Positions 12,647-26,361 are shown, counted from the stretch's first letter. The stretch: 64,000 nucleotides of DNA from Paraspadella gotoi (GCA_051294375.1 CM119268.1:23148256-23212255), one strand, 5' to 3'. The notes: generated from the letters alone by a model not told the origin. Program-made: numbers and translations.

Positions 12647-15600
12647 CGGAAGCGAAGGAGCTGGAGGCGAGAGATTCGAGGAGGGCGTTTGAAGGAGTTG
12701 GAGACGAGGGTGGGAGGGAGAAGGGGGGGGAGGAAAGATGAGGGGGAGGAAGAGAGAGGGAGAAAAGATGGGGGAAGGGAGGGAGGAAGTAGAGGGGAGA
12801 GGAGAGAGGGAAGGGAGGGGAGGGAGAATGTAGAGGGGGAGGGAGGAGAGGTAAGGGGGAGGAGGGAGAATGAAGAGGGGGACGGTGAGATTGAGGGTAG
12901 GGGGAGGGAGGTAGGATGAGAGGTGGGGAGGGAGAGTATGGTGGATGAGGAGTTTCTGGGCAGTTGCGTCTTTACTGTATCTGGTGGGAGAGAATTGTAG
13001 GCGGAGAGGGTTCAATTGTTTTTTTATTGATTAGATTGATTGGTGGAGTTGAATAAAATATATTATTTTGAGTTGAACTATGGATTGAGTTGATTAATAT
13101 TATTTATTGAATTTTTTTAGATTGAATTGATTGATATATTGATCGAATGGATGGATTTAATTTTTCTTTCCTTTAGCGTAGCTACTTATTTAAGATCGCT
13201 ATTAGTTGGCCTATTTTATTCATTAAACGTGCTGTTGGGTTATATTGATATAATATAACCGCCGATCAGGGTCCTTTTAGTCAGATTACGGTCGTTGTCG
13301 TTTTTATTAATTCCCCGTTTTCTCCGCCAGATGTTCATCCGGTGGAACTGCATGCCTGCGTTTCGGCCCTGAATATCAGAGTTTTGGCTTCGGTCCTTCG
13401 GCATTTTTGAAGCGGTAGAGAATTGAGTTGTAGTTAGCGCCGAGTCTCTGATGTAGTTAAATGAAAGACTTTGTGTTATGTTGAAGAGAGGATGGGATGG
13501 AGTGGATATTGGGATAGTGAGCAAGTTTGTGACTTGCGAACTAAAGTATTTGGATGCGGGTTGATGTGGAGGGTTTTGATGTAGTTTTGATGAGTTTCTG
13601 TCAATGTGTTCTTCATTGGATATCATAGACTGATCATCAGCTTCCTTCCTGCCTCTTTCTTGACCTTTCTCCTTTTTTCTTCGCCTCCTTTCGCTTGCTC
13701 CTCCTCTCTTCCTCCTCCGTCTCTGCCATCTTCACCTCCACCTCCCTTTTCTCTATCTTTCCTCCCTCCTCTGCTCCTTTTAGCTCGTTAGCTTTGCCGC
13801 CTCCTCCTCATTCTTCTGCTTAGCCTCTCCACTCCTCCTCTTCTTCCGCTCTTCCTCCTCGCTTTCCTCTTCCTCCTCTTCTGTCTTCCCCTTCCTTCCC
13901 TCTTCCTTCCTCCTCCTCCTCATCTTCCTCTCCTCCTCTTTTAGCTCCTCTTTCCGTCTTCCTCGCCCTTCCCTCTCCTCCTCTTCTTTCCCCTTCGCTC
14001 CTACCTCCTCTTCCCTCCTCCTCCCCCACCCCTCCTCCATCGAGGGAAGCGGCGATCGTCGCAATCGCTGCGACGAAAATCTCGGAAATTCGATCGTCGA
14101 GTTCGAGAGCATCAACACGAAATTCCGTCAAGCGAGAATTACTCAAGGAGAGTTCTTTCTCAGGCGAGTCGTTGTTTATTGTTGTTGTTGCATTTAGGTG
14201 GTGTGTTGTCATTTTGTTTTTCTGTCATGTTTTGTTGTTGTTGTTCATTTTTGTTTTGTTGTTCATTTCGTTGTTGTTGTCATCGTCGTGCGGATCGTCT
14301 TTCATCATCTGCGTCTTTGTTCGAATTGTTATTTTTTATGATCGTCGATCTTTTTCATCTTCTTCCTCCTCCGTCTCTGTCGCTGCCCGGTCATGCCTGC
14401 CCTCCTCGCGGTGCTCTCCACTTGCTCCTCTCCCCTCCTCCTTGCCTCTTCCTCCTCCCGCCTCCTGCTCGTCCGTCCAGCAAGATGTTGTTCAAAACTC
14501 AAACGCGAAATCGAATCTTTGAGTTGAAAAGATTTCAAATTTTCAAACAAAAATTATCGATCGGAATTTCAAGTCGATGGCGAATTCGAGTCGAGCTGCG
14601 GGCGATGAAGCCGAATTACGAGACCATTGGTCAAGGGTTTTGTTGAAGATTTGTTGAATGTCGTGAATGTGACCCGCTGTATGAGCGCCACTAAATTAAC
14701 CCAGGCTAAATGACTCGTGATCAAGACAGGATAAATGACCGACGAAATCACTCGGTGCTAACGTACGAGACTTTTAAGGTTTGGTTTGAAGAGTTGACAT
14801 GAGATTGTAAGTCGGAAAGTTGATGATGGATCAGGGTAAACTCACCGGAGCAGTGATATGACTTTAATCCTTTTGTATTAAATACCGTTCTTTGCTTGTT
14901 TCTTTTAATTATTTCATCTCTCTCGCCATTTCTTCTCTTTATCTCTCCCTCTCCTACTTTTCACCACTGCCTCTTCTCTCCCTCCGTCCTTCCCGCCTCT
15001 CTCTCTGTTCTTCGCTCCTCTCTCTCTTTTCTCCGCTCCTCTCTCTCTCGCCCTCCGCTCTCTCCCCGCTCCCTCTCGTCCTCTTCCCCCCTCCAGTCGA
15101 TTCTGGGATTCGTCGTCTAAAAGAAATACCAACGAAATCTAAAGCAGAGAATTTGAGAGAGAAAATTGAGAGTTGATCGTTCGAGTCGGCAAAGAGGACA
15201 GCGATCGGAGAAGTCGTTAATCGACGTTGTTCGATTATGTTGCGTTGATTAGTAGTTGCGATTTATTAGATGCGATTGAGTTCGATCGCATTCTTTGAAA
15301 TTCATGATTATGATCAATGTAATAGTGTTTTGTTATTTTTCGCCAGTTGTAGATGTAGTTTTCGATGTCTTGGTCGATTCAATTTATTACCTTCATTAAA
15401 TTATTTACACATTTCATTCATGTTTTCATTCATCTTGTTTTTCATTCAGGCGATGCTTAGTTCATGTTCATTATTTTATTTTTTTCATTGTTCCATTTAT
15501 AAATAAAACTTTCGTACGATACAACTTTTTGTTCATGGAATAGCAATCAACTCATGTCATTCATCTGTTCATTTTTTTTAGATTAAATCATTCAAGATTT

Positions 15601-18600
15601 CAGTTCAACTTATTTATGTCATTCATTTCATTCATTTTTCTTTTTCATTCCATTTGCCCATTCAGTCTTAATTATCCTTTCCTTTCAGTTCATTCCATTC
15701 ATTTCATGTCATTATTCAATATCATTCATGTCATTCATTCGAATTCCATTCAATTTACCATTCATTCCAGTCATTCATTCCATTCATTCATTCATTTCAT
15801 GTCATTCATTCATTCATTCGCATTGTCATCTCATTCCATCTCCATTCACAGGCGGCGCGAGTCGTTCAACGAGTCTGGACACTTCGCTTGCTCCTATGGA
15901 TGCGTTGACATCCGGGAGATGGTTGCCCGGAGACAGATAATGGAATTGTGCAGGGGAGGGGGAAGTGGAGGGAGAGTGGAGGAAGGGATGGGAGAGGGAG
16001 GAAGGGAGGAGAGAGGGAGGAAGGCAGGGGAGAAGGAGGAGGGGACGAGACCAGGGAGGGGAAGTGGAGGAAGGGAGGAGAGAGGGAGGGAAGGGGAGGA
16101 GAGAGGGGAGTAAGGGAAGGAGAGGAGACGTAAGGGGGGAAGAGGAGGGAGGAAGGGAGGAAGGGATGGAGCAGAGGGAGGGAAGGAGGAGAGAGGGAGG
16201 TAAGTGGAGGAGAGAGAGAGTAAGGGAAGGTAAGAGGGAGGGAGGGAAGGAAGGTAAGAGAGAGGGAGGTGAAGGGGAGGGAGAGAGAAGTGAGGGCGGG
16301 AAGAGAAAGGGGAGGGGAGGGGAGAGAGGGAAGGAGGAGTGGAGGCGAGGTGAGAGCGAGGAAGGGAGGGGGAGAGGAGAAAGGGAGGAAGAAAGAGGGA
16401 GGGGGAGAGAGAGGGCAGTTTGAGGTAAGGAGAAGAGGGGAGGGAAGGGAATATGAGAGGGAGGGAAGGGAAGTAGAGAGGGCAGGGATGGGAGGCAAGG
16501 GAGGAGCGGAGGAGGGATGGGTGGGGTGGGTGGGTGGGGGCGGGGCGAGGGAGGCGGGCGGAAGACGTAGGCGGAATGAGAGGGAGAATGGGGGAGGAAA
16601 TGAATGGAATTTTGAAGGTTTATGGAGGGAGAAGAGAAGATGTGGAGACTTTAAGTAATTTAAGAATTGAATTTGTCGCAAGCCCAATCCCAACTGCATC
16701 AAGCCTTCTCATCCAGGGATGACAATAGAAGGCCCTTTTAACGCCACGATCGTGGCACCGGCTAAAATTGGGCGCGCGTAACCCTCGGGGTAAGGCGTGC
16801 CTCGCGCTTGGCAGGCCTTGGGTCTGCGCGTCTCGGCAGACGCCGTTCCGGACGGAAAGACTTCGAGTAAGGTGCGCGCTGCATTTCGCGCGCCTGCTCG
16901 ATGGAGGGTTTGAGTTCCGAATGGGCGCGAAAAGATTTTTGCGAGGCGACAGGTGAGAAACAAGTGTAGCAATTAAGAAAACTCGCAAGTATATTTAACT
17001 AAAACAATTGATAAACGATTAAAAATCTAAAGTTATCTAAAAAAAAAAATTCTAAAGAATCTAAGCCTGATGGGGAGTTGGTAATAACCAATATATAAAA
17101 TTGGTTCATTCATTAAATTAATAAGTCTATCTTGACCTGACTTTTGGGCAGAGCGACCGTGGAGATAAATATCTTTACAGGGCTGCTATAAGCTGAAGAC
17201 CCTGCGGCTTATTAAATATTAATGGATTTCAAAGAGTTTTCGCACTGCACGATATTTTTATTTTATTTAATTAACAAACAATATTAAACATAATCCTTAA
17301 AACAGTAACAGTGTTATAAAGACTGGAAAACAAGTAAAAACTAACCTAACGTATGAATTCCATTAAAAACAAAAGACACTAACGTTTAAATATCATTAAA
17401 TAATTTGTTATTGAAGCCATGAAGAGGTTCCCACTGATCGACGCTTCCATTGTATAATAACAATAAAGAGATCAAAAATATTCCAAAAAAGAAATAATTA
17501 AAAAATAGAATAAAAGCAAAAAATAAAATTTTTCATTAAAATATTGTTAAAAATTATAGTTCATGACATAAAGGTGCGCCCTATAGACTTCCCTCAGTAT
17601 GTATCTGCCTATCAGAACATACAGTATTCTACATGGTAGTCTTAGTCCTATTGGTAACAAAAATCATATAGTTAGACGTTTGGGTCCCGTCAAAAATTAT
17701 GCTCATTTCCCGACCGCCTTTTCTGTTAGTCCCTTCTTAGGATATTATGTATTTTTTCATTAAATGACTTTCTAACAGAAATGAAATGTGTGATCATTAT
17801 TAGAAAACTAGGAACAGATAGGTAATAATCTACACCTTAGTGTTAGTGGTAGATGCTCCCTCTATTTCTGTCAGAAGACAACACTGGACATTCCCCTTCC
17901 CAAATTGTATGTATTGATTATAAAGACATGTTTAACAAGAAAGCAATATATGTTTTGAATAAATAGATATAGATTAAATACTAAAATCCTTCTAAATAAT
18001 ATTAAAATATTAAAATAGAAAAATGAAAAATAAGTGAACAAGTAATTTGCAATTTTCATAAGGAAAAAATAACAGAATAACAGTTCTAATAACGTTGCAA
18101 CGGATGCAAATGTGACAATAATAAATAGGAAAAAGTAAAAAACGAAAACTGTGCAAGTCATAAAAAGGAAACAACATTATTGCATTAAATTGTGGATTAT
18201 TGCTTTTTTTTTACCAAGAACATTAATAGCTAAAAATATAAAACATATAAAAAGCAATTAAGAAAACAAAAACAGTTAGAAAATGTTAAAAAGTGTAAAA
18301 ATAATAACTTTTTAAAACATTATAATAACATTATACACATTATAAAAACCACGATAATTTTTTTTTTTGTTAATTTATATATTATAATGTGTTAACAGTA
18401 TTTTTTTGTCAAGAAACGTTTTAAAATAACCGTTTTTAACGTTTAAGGAACAACACATTATATAAAGAATATATAAAGAATTATATAAAAAAATCTATAA
18501 AAATTATAGTTGCATAAATATATATATATTTTTTTTTTTAAACATTATATAGTGTATAATGCGCAAAAAGTGTAAATATATATGCCGCAATCAATAATGT

Positions 18601-21600
18601 ATAGATGTATAATAGTAATAATCAAAATAATGTATAAGGTATAAGTTGTGTAGAGTACTTAAATTAAATTTATCAACTGAGAATTTATAAAAATGTATTT
18701 CTACTGTGATAATTTTTGATCCTCATCGTACAAAGTGCATAGTCAAATATATAAACTAAACCAAAAACTTAAATTATGACAAAAACAGGAACCTTTAACT
18801 AAAACTAAACCGCATATAAATAAGATTTTAACCGTTCCGAATATAATGCAGCAGAATAGATTGTCTGTGCTAAACCTACTGCGGTAAATTGTTTCAATAA
18901 ATGCATCTTACTACAAATATCAAATTGGATTTTTTTGACGTCCGGCAGGTTTTCCAACCGGCCGTCCGATTCGGCAGAACTGTGAAGGAATTTGCTTTTT
19001 TTTTGTGGTGCGGACGTCGTGGACGGTAATTTGTCAGGCCGATGGCGATAGGCGGAGGGTCAAATGCGATTCGTGGTGGCCATCAGGTGGTGGGTGGGGT
19101 GAGTGGTGGGAAATTGGTCGGTGGGGTGGTTTAAAATGGGTGGGTAAACTAACGACAATTTTTGATCGTGAAATATAATTGTGGTTGGATTTGGTGAACG
19201 AAAAAGATTACAAGGCGAAATCCTCCAAGGTGAAATTTTTGTTCCTATCATTTTCCGAGAATTTCACAAAAATAAATAATAATCAGACTGAATGCAGTTA
19301 TGGCCTGAACTTTTTTCAGGTGGCAATGATAGTTGTTTTTTTTTTTAAATCTCAAGAACTTCCTTTCTTTCTTTATACTCCTCTCTTGACATCCTATAAT
19401 CCTCCAGCTAGTCTTCTCTCCTTCTGCTTACCGCCTGACACTTAAATTTACTCTCCTTTATTTAGCGCCTGCTACTCCAGCCAGACATAAGCTCGCTACT
19501 ACACTTGGACCTGCCTGCCGCTCCCTTAAGATTCGAGGCTCCACTCCTTTACGCTCCTCTATTTACGATCGCCTCCTACCAGACTGAGCTCCACTTTCCT
19601 AGCACATTTAATTTACTGCCCGTTCCCCTTTCGCTCCACGCAGACACTAGCTGCATCTCTTTTGGCTTGCCTGCTATTTACTTGCCCCTTCCCCGCCTCG
19701 CTCCAGGCAAACACTAGCTCATCTTCCTTTTGCTCCTCTAGTTTACTTCCCTTCCCCCTCGCATCCACCAGACCGAAGCTCCACCTCCCCTCGGACTTTG
19801 TCCCGATTGCGCGGCGATCTGCGTTTAGCGCGGCTTCTGGGCGGCGGTACTTGAAGAAGTCCTTTGATCTGCAGTTCGAGATATTTCGACAGGTGGGTTT
19901 TGGGGGGGGTGATGATGGACAAAGGGGACGACGCTGAATGACTGGATGACGAACCGACCAGACGACGACGAGGGATGATGAGAGACGAAGAAAACAAGGA
20001 CAACAACAGGGATGACAACATCCGCGCTTGAAGACGACTGAGAATAAGATGGAAGAAAGCCTTTATTATCGCAATTGGAAAACCTACTACTATATAATCT
20101 AAAAAACAATTCTTTATTGCGCGTCCCCAATAAGACCTACAAAGATATCGGAAACTTGTTAATTTAATTTAATCATTAATTATAATTTATGACTTTTTTA
20201 TTTTAAAAAACGTGGTATTATGTCATCGCAGGAGTAACTCGGCTGCACCTAACGTGAAATCGTTCGTGAGAATTCCGGGATGCACAGTGATTCGTTCGCA
20301 GAATTCAGGAATCACTCGATCCCTGATGGGCCCCGAGATGGAAGTCGCGGATGCTGATCACTCTTCTCTAGCATATAAAATAGATCGTAGTTATCTTAGA
20401 CGCAATACAGACGAGTTGGATATGATACATCCGCGAGTAAATAAACTATACAAAAAACGACAACAATTAACTCTTAAAACCCATATTTTGTCTTTCTCTC
20501 TCCTCCCCCGTCTTCCGCTCTGCGCCTTTCTCTCTCTCCTCTCCCTCTCACCTCTCTCTGCACTCCCCCTGCGACCTCGCTATCTCGCCCGCTCGCCAGC
20601 GCTAGAACACCGCCCAACTAGCCCGTGCCGGTGGTGGCCGAAAGGGGGCGTGGCGAACGCCGTGCTGGGTCGCACCCTCGGCCTCTGATCTCTCGTCCCC
20701 AGCGTGCGAACTTCGCGGCGGGGGCGAAACTCCGAACTAAATCTCTGTTGAGGCTGAATAAAGGCGGAGAATGTGAAGGACCGCTGCGGGGTGCGGGCGG
20801 CGTGCAGTGAGAAGGGGTGTGGGCGTTTGTTGGGGCACTCTTTTATTTCCTCTAATCCTCCTCTTTCCTCTAACCCTCTATCCTCTGTTCCTCTATCGCT
20901 CTATCCTCTTTCTCTTAACCTACATCCTCTTTTCGCTCTGTCCTTCATCCCTCTATCCTTCTTTCCTCTATATTCCTCTAGTCCATCCCTCCATTCCTCG
21001 CAGACTACTTGAACCGAGGGGGCCGTGGATCGAGGACTTTTGCAACGACTTTGATTAATTCTCCCGACGGAGATTTGCAGCGAGGTTGTTGGCGCTTCGA
21101 CTTCGACAAGAGATGTTTGCGAGTGGAGGAGTGAGAGAGACGAGACCGTCGACTGTCTCCCGGCGTACCATTCGACTGGAAGGGAGTTTGGGTGCAAGTT
21201 TTTAAAAGAAATATTGGTAATGATGGCCAACAGGCCACAGTAACATAATATACCCGTAGCCCTCGTAGCATTGGCCTCTGCTAAGCCAGGGATTGTGGTT
21301 CGTAGTCCCACCGAGGGTAAACTTATTAATTTATGTTTTTTTGCTTAATTAATAGATATGCACAACTGGCTTTAAAAAACACAAAAATTAAATTATGGAT
21401 ATAGCACGGACTTCTCAGCTCTAAGGCGAGATTATACGCAGTTATAATCAATTTTTGGAGATTGTGCCTATATTTTTTGCCGGCAAAATTAATATACTGG
21501 AAATGATGGGAAAGAAAATGTCATTAATATGGTAATTCATAAAGTTTTTGTAATGACTTAACAAGGTCAAGTTAATAATGTTCAAGTTTTGAATGATACG

Positions 21601-24600
21601 TTGATTGATTATCGAGTTCGTTGGTGCTAGGTGGAATGATTCTCAGCTTAGGGCTGCGAAGAGGTGCTCAGGGTTCGACTCGACGCGACGAAGCACCGAT
21701 ACTTATCATGCTTTGCATTATGAGAACATATTTATCTAAGTCCCTCTTCTTGCATTTTTTGGGCTTGGAAGGTACAAAATAAATGGCCATATGAATATAG
21801 TAAGGAAAAACGATAAGAAAAAAAAAAAAAAAGAGAGAATGATGACAAGGGCTTCGGTCCGGGAGTCGAACCCGGGACCTCTTCGCACCCGAGAGCGAGA
21901 ATCATGCCACTGACGCAACGAGGCCAAGGACGCTTCTTTCAGAATTTATTTAAGCACTAATCCTCCATATTTAACATATGTCATCTATGAACACAAATAA
22001 AGAGTCTCTTCAAAATGGAGAACATTCTACAATATTTCCTCTTATTTATATAACTAATTAATTAATTATTTATTTATCTATTTTGAATTGCTTTTTCCTT
22101 TTCAGTATGCTTCTTACCGCTGGAGTCCATTGAATCTCAAGTCGACTCCTACTCTCTCTCCTCCTCTAACTCTCTTCCTCCTCTTTCCTCCTCTCTCCTT
22201 CTCTGCTACCTGCCCTCGCACCTGCGGATTCGTCATTCTTTCTTCCGACGATGATAGATATGGTTGGTTCGTCAATTCGTGGATCGCCGCACGGCGGACG
22301 CTGGTTGGTTTGGCCGATTGTATTGGCTGGATTTTAATGAATTGGCCTGTGTTTGGATAGACTTTAAGTGATTGATTGGATTCGATGGTATGATTGATTG
22401 GGCCTAGGTTGGGGTTGTTTTGGGCCGATTTGATTTGGTTGGTTGGAATAGAGATTCTATGGCTCTAGGGATTGATTGCGCTGATTGGGGATTGGATGGC
22501 ATTGCGAATGGTTGACTTGATTGCTTAATTTTTCGTCATCAACTAATATATGAACATAGAACTGAATTGTTTATTGTAAGGTAATATTATTGTCGATCCA
22601 ATAATCCGTCAATAAAACTGGAATTTTTTTTCTTTTACTGTTGTTTTCTTATGTTTTATCATTGTTGTTGTGTCTCTTCTTCCTCCTCCTTCCTCCTCCT
22701 ACTCGCTTCTCCTCCATCCTCTTGCGTCAAGCGCTCCGGCGCTTTCTACGCTGCCACGTAAATTTCATCTACATGCCTTCCTGTCCTCCACCGGAAGTGT
22801 TGGGCGTGGCAGTGCCGGAAGTGGGCGTGGTAGTTGCGGAAGGTTGTGGCGTGCAGTGCCGGAAGTGGGGCGTGTCTACGGTGGCGACGGGAAGTCCGAG
22901 TTGTTGAGGAGTTGACTTGGAACGGCGTCAGGTAAGCAGTCGAAATTAACAAGAAAATCTCAAACGTGGTGTTGCATACAGCGTTTTCTTTAGTCGCGTG
23001 TAATGTTAGCACACGAGTTGCATATCGGAATTCAGTCCTTTTATGTCTGTTTATAGTTTTAAGCGATTTTCCTGAACGGCGGGGGGCTAGCAGATCGCTT
23101 AGATTTGAAGATTTTTTTCTTTTTTTTTTGCTCAAAAGAGAACCGACTAATAGACGCGAGCTAATGAGCATCTTTTACGTAAGTTGCGGACCTGGACCGA
23201 CGAGACAGACATACCCGGAACGGACAAGAATCGACAATCGGGGGACAAATCCGACCACTCGACAAAATCGACCCTCAAAGTGTACTAAAATGTCAAATAC
23301 ACGAATCGGTTGCATCTAATCTAATCACAACTAATCTTTCCCCCCCTCATGCGGTCTTAGATCACAACTAATCTTTCCCCCCCCGGTCGGCCCGCCACCT
23401 GCCTCGGACTCCCCTGCCACAGATTCCGTCTTCGCCGACGCCTAAATTCTCTCGCTTGTTTCCTTCGTCGAAACTCGCAGAGGTCGCGCCGTTCGAGACC
23501 GAGTCTTTATTACGTAAGCTGGCGATTTGTCAGGCGGAGGAGCGCCTGCGAGTAAATGAAGGGTCAGGCGGGTGGCAATATGGGAGGCGAGATGGTCAGT
23601 TGGCAGATGGCTAGATGAACAGTTGACAGGGGTACTTTTACCCATTCTCATCCACTTCATTCACTCCTCTCTCTTTCTCTCTCTTTCTGTCTCTTCTTTA
23701 CACTCTCTGCCTATTTTCGCCCTCTCTATTCTCGCCTCTCTCTCACTCTTCTCCTCACACTATCTATCCTTCTCTCTTTGGTCTCTCTTCCCCTCTCCTC
23801 GTCACCTCTCCTCTCTCCTCTCTCTCCCTCTCCCCTCCTTCCTTCTGCTCTCTCCTCTCTCCCTCCGTCCATCGCCTCCTTCTTCTCTCCTCACTCCCTC
23901 TCTCTCTCCTCTTCCCACCTGCTCCCTCAGATTTGTCTCGCGATCGGGTCATTCCGCCGCGCCCCCTCTACCGCCGACTGTCGGCCGATCACTTGGAAAT
24001 CTCTTCTCTTCAAACAGCGGCGCTACGGCGCTCTTTTCCCTGTAGGCGACTTTACTCTCAAGTGAACATTTTGAAGATTAGGCCTTATTTGTTCTAAAAA
24101 AAGCGCTTCATATCTTACTTATATTAGATATTGAATTAATTGAAAACAATGGTATTCTTATTGTATTCGTAAGCAATAACTTTGAAATAGTTTCATAGAG
24201 TTATTATTAAAAATTAAAGTTTGTTTTCTCTTTAATTTCTGTTTTGGGGTTAGACTCTCTCCTCCCTTCTTTCATCTCTCCTCCCTTACTCCCTCTCACC
24301 TCCCTCACTCTCATCCCGCTTCCTCCCTTTCCTCCCCTCCACCCCCGTCGTCCATCACCGTCCTCGCCTTACTACCTCCTGCCGCTCCCACCTTCCTCCC
24401 TCCTCCTCCATCACTCCCTCCCCCTTCCTCCCTTCCTCCTTACTCGCCACCTCTCTCGCCCCTTCCTCGCGTTTCCTCGCCTCCTCCTCCATCACCTCCT
24501 CCCCCTCCTTTCCTCCCTTTCTCCCTCCTCCTCCTTATCCCTCTCTCCCTTCCTCCCTCCTCATTACTCCCTCCACCCCTTCCTCCCCTTCTTCCCTTCC

Positions 24601-25211
24601 TGCCATTTCTCGCCTCTCTCCTGCGTCAGGCCGAAGTCGAGATCTGTTTCATCAGAAAAAACGAAACTCGATCCTTCACGCTCGCTCGGACGCCCGTTTG
24701 GGCAGCGAAGGGGCTGCTGTTTCGAGACGAACAATTCAGCACGCGACCGCCGCCCGGATGAGGCCCGTGTGTCAGCCCTGCCCCTTTGGCGGCCGCTTCC
24801 GGTTCTCACGGATATTTTTGCGAAGTTGTGTCCCAAGGGTGGTGTTAGATCGAGCCCATCACGAAGGAAGTTTATTTCTGACTTATATTCATGGAGCTAT
24901 CGGCTTTTTTCGCAAATTATAGGTCACATTTTTTTTAATAAATTTACTTTTTCTATACATTCTCTCTCTCTCTCTCCTCCTCTCTCTCTTCCCCTCTCTC
25001 TCTCTCTCTCTCCCTCCTCTCCAGGGATCGAACCCGTGTCTCGCCGACCTTCCGGCGCCGGATGCCGGACCCTGCCAACCCGGGCAAGTTCAAGAACGAG
25101 GCCGGACCGGGCAGTTGCCGACTTTGCCGAATGAAGAGACTGATTCTGTCGGGCAGAGAGAGTGTCGTGCAAAAGATGAAAAGAAGACAGACGTACGGAC
25201 AGTATTTGTAG
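12647..25211 (+). CDS. Inverted, error-laden copy of the 3' half of the mosaic gene (multi-exon span): helical region, then C-terminal Cys-rich Ephrin-receptor-like (GCC2/GCC3-type) repeats
   Basis: Approximate exons 12647-12709, 13331-13412, 14045-14163, 14481-14635, 15097-15225, 15852-15953, 16717-16952, 18905-19087, 19771-19892, 20600-20817, 21004-21195, ~22110-22305, ~22730-22931, ~23481-23570, 23931-24062, 24630-24838, 25025-25211. Frame-corrected readings include CHPWNCSLVSPEYPEFCFV, AEVEICF..GCCFET..CQPCPFG..GYFCEVCPKG and PCQPGKFKNEAGPGSCRLC. Many indels, so boundaries and readings are approximate. Confidence 0.6.
21252..21319 (+). tRNA. trnR: tRNA-Arg(CCT), error-laden
   Basis: gcattggcctc(tg)ctaagccagggattgtggttcg(t)agtcccacc matches the metazoan Arg-CCT anticodon arm and T arm; D arm damaged. 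Confidence 0.65.
21615..21697 (+). tRNA. trnP: tRNA-Pro(AGG), error-laden
   Basis: tcgttggtgctaggtggaatgattctcagcttagggctgcgaagaggt..gggttcgactc resembles eukaryotic tRNA-Pro with insertions. Confidence 0.65.
21849..21925 (-). tRNA. trnP: tRNA-Pro(CGG)
   Basis: Reverse strand ggcctcgttgcgtcagtggcatgattctcgctctcgggtgcgaagaggtcccgggttcgactcccggaccgaagccc, near the tRNA-Pro consensus with a few indels; T-run downstream. Confidence 0.8.
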
Positions 25212-25840
25212 GTCAAAAGAAATTAATAAAAATGTACTGAATTGATTTATTATACAAATTGTCAATTATTTAATCAATTAAAATCTCTCTTGTCTCAAAA
25301 AGTATGATGATAAAAATGAGGTTTTTTTTTGGTTTTTTTATTTAACTAAATTTTCTGACTTTTCTAACTCCATTAATTTGTTCATCAATTCGTTTATTCA
25401 TATTTTTTTCAATCATGATCAAACCTAGCTTAAACATGGGCAATTGTCAAATGTTAATTATTTCTATTATAAATAAACATAATAAATTCGAATCATTTGT
25501 TTTTGTATTTTTCTTTTATCATTCATGTTATAATTTTTTTTCAAATCAGATGCCAATTCGTATACAACTAATTGAGTTAAATAATTAATAATTAATTATT
25601 AATATCGAGCAAAGACTTTTTTTTAGAATTTCGGAGTGTAATGAATATATGAATAGGAGACTTGGGTTTTTGGTTTCGCTAAAAAAAATAGAGGGAAAAA
25701 AGTTGGCCTTATTTTCCCAGAACGGCCCTTTTTTATCTTAAATTTGAAGGTTAGGGTGAAATAAGGGTTAGTTATTTGGCAAAGGATAGGAGTTAAAGAT
25801 TGGTTAACAGTTTATGATATGTTTAAGTTAATAAGAATAG

Positions 25841-26052
25841 CCTTCGTCCGCGCCGTCGAGTCGATTCCCTTCATCGTCGCGACGAGCCGCTCGGGGCCGC
25901 AGCGGGCGCAGGAGACCCGCGGCGGAGCGGCGGCGGAGCAGGAGCCGTCGACGTCGAAGTCGCAGTCGGTGATGAGGGATTCGTTGCCGTGGCAACGGAG
26001 GGAGGGGAGAACGGAGGAGGAGGAGGAAGAGGAGGAGGAGGAGGAAGAGGAG
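25841..26052 (-). CDS. Mosaic gene exon: SRCR2 C-terminal part, cut at the inversion breakpoint
   Basis: Poly-Ser then VLPSLRCHGNESLITDCDFDVDGSCSAAAPPRVSCARCGPERLVATMKGIDSTARTK; acceptor cccag in the correct phase; appears to continue at 12647 on + strand. Confidence 0.8.
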
Positions 26053-26361
26053 CTGGGAGGGATGGGGGGATGAGTAAGATTTTGTTCGATCAATCAATGA
26101 ATCCAATGTATCGGCTAATCAATCAATCAATCAATCAATAGATCAATCAATTAGTCGACAAGCGGTCTAACAAACAATCTCTCACTTAATCGTATAAGTC
26201 AATCAAATCAATCAATCAAATCAATCAATCAACTCAAACAATCAAATTAATCAATCAATCAAATCAATCATATCAATCAAATCAATCAGATGAATCAATC
26301 AAAGCAATTAACCAATCAATCAATCAAATCAATCAATCAATCAATCAATCAAATTCCTCAC

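Larger units (their letters stand above)
1..20610. repeat. Locus present as three partial direct copies (1-4184, 4210-9397, 9423-12621) plus one inverted copy (from 12647)
   Basis: Same exons, introns and satellites recur in order; copies are bounded by 25-N gaps. Confidence 0.9.

Noticed and set aside
1-20610. Real tandem/inverted gene-family amplification or giant palindrome
   Set aside because: Copies end at 25-N gaps, differ mostly by random single-base indels, and one is a different haplotype; assembly redundancy is more likely.
21390-21445. Fourth tRNA in the cluster
   Set aside because: No recognisable T arm or acceptor stem.
24630-25211. Eph receptor gene
   Set aside because: Only Cys-rich repeats; no ligand-binding, FN3, transmembrane or kinase exons; fits as the C-terminus of the mosaic gene.
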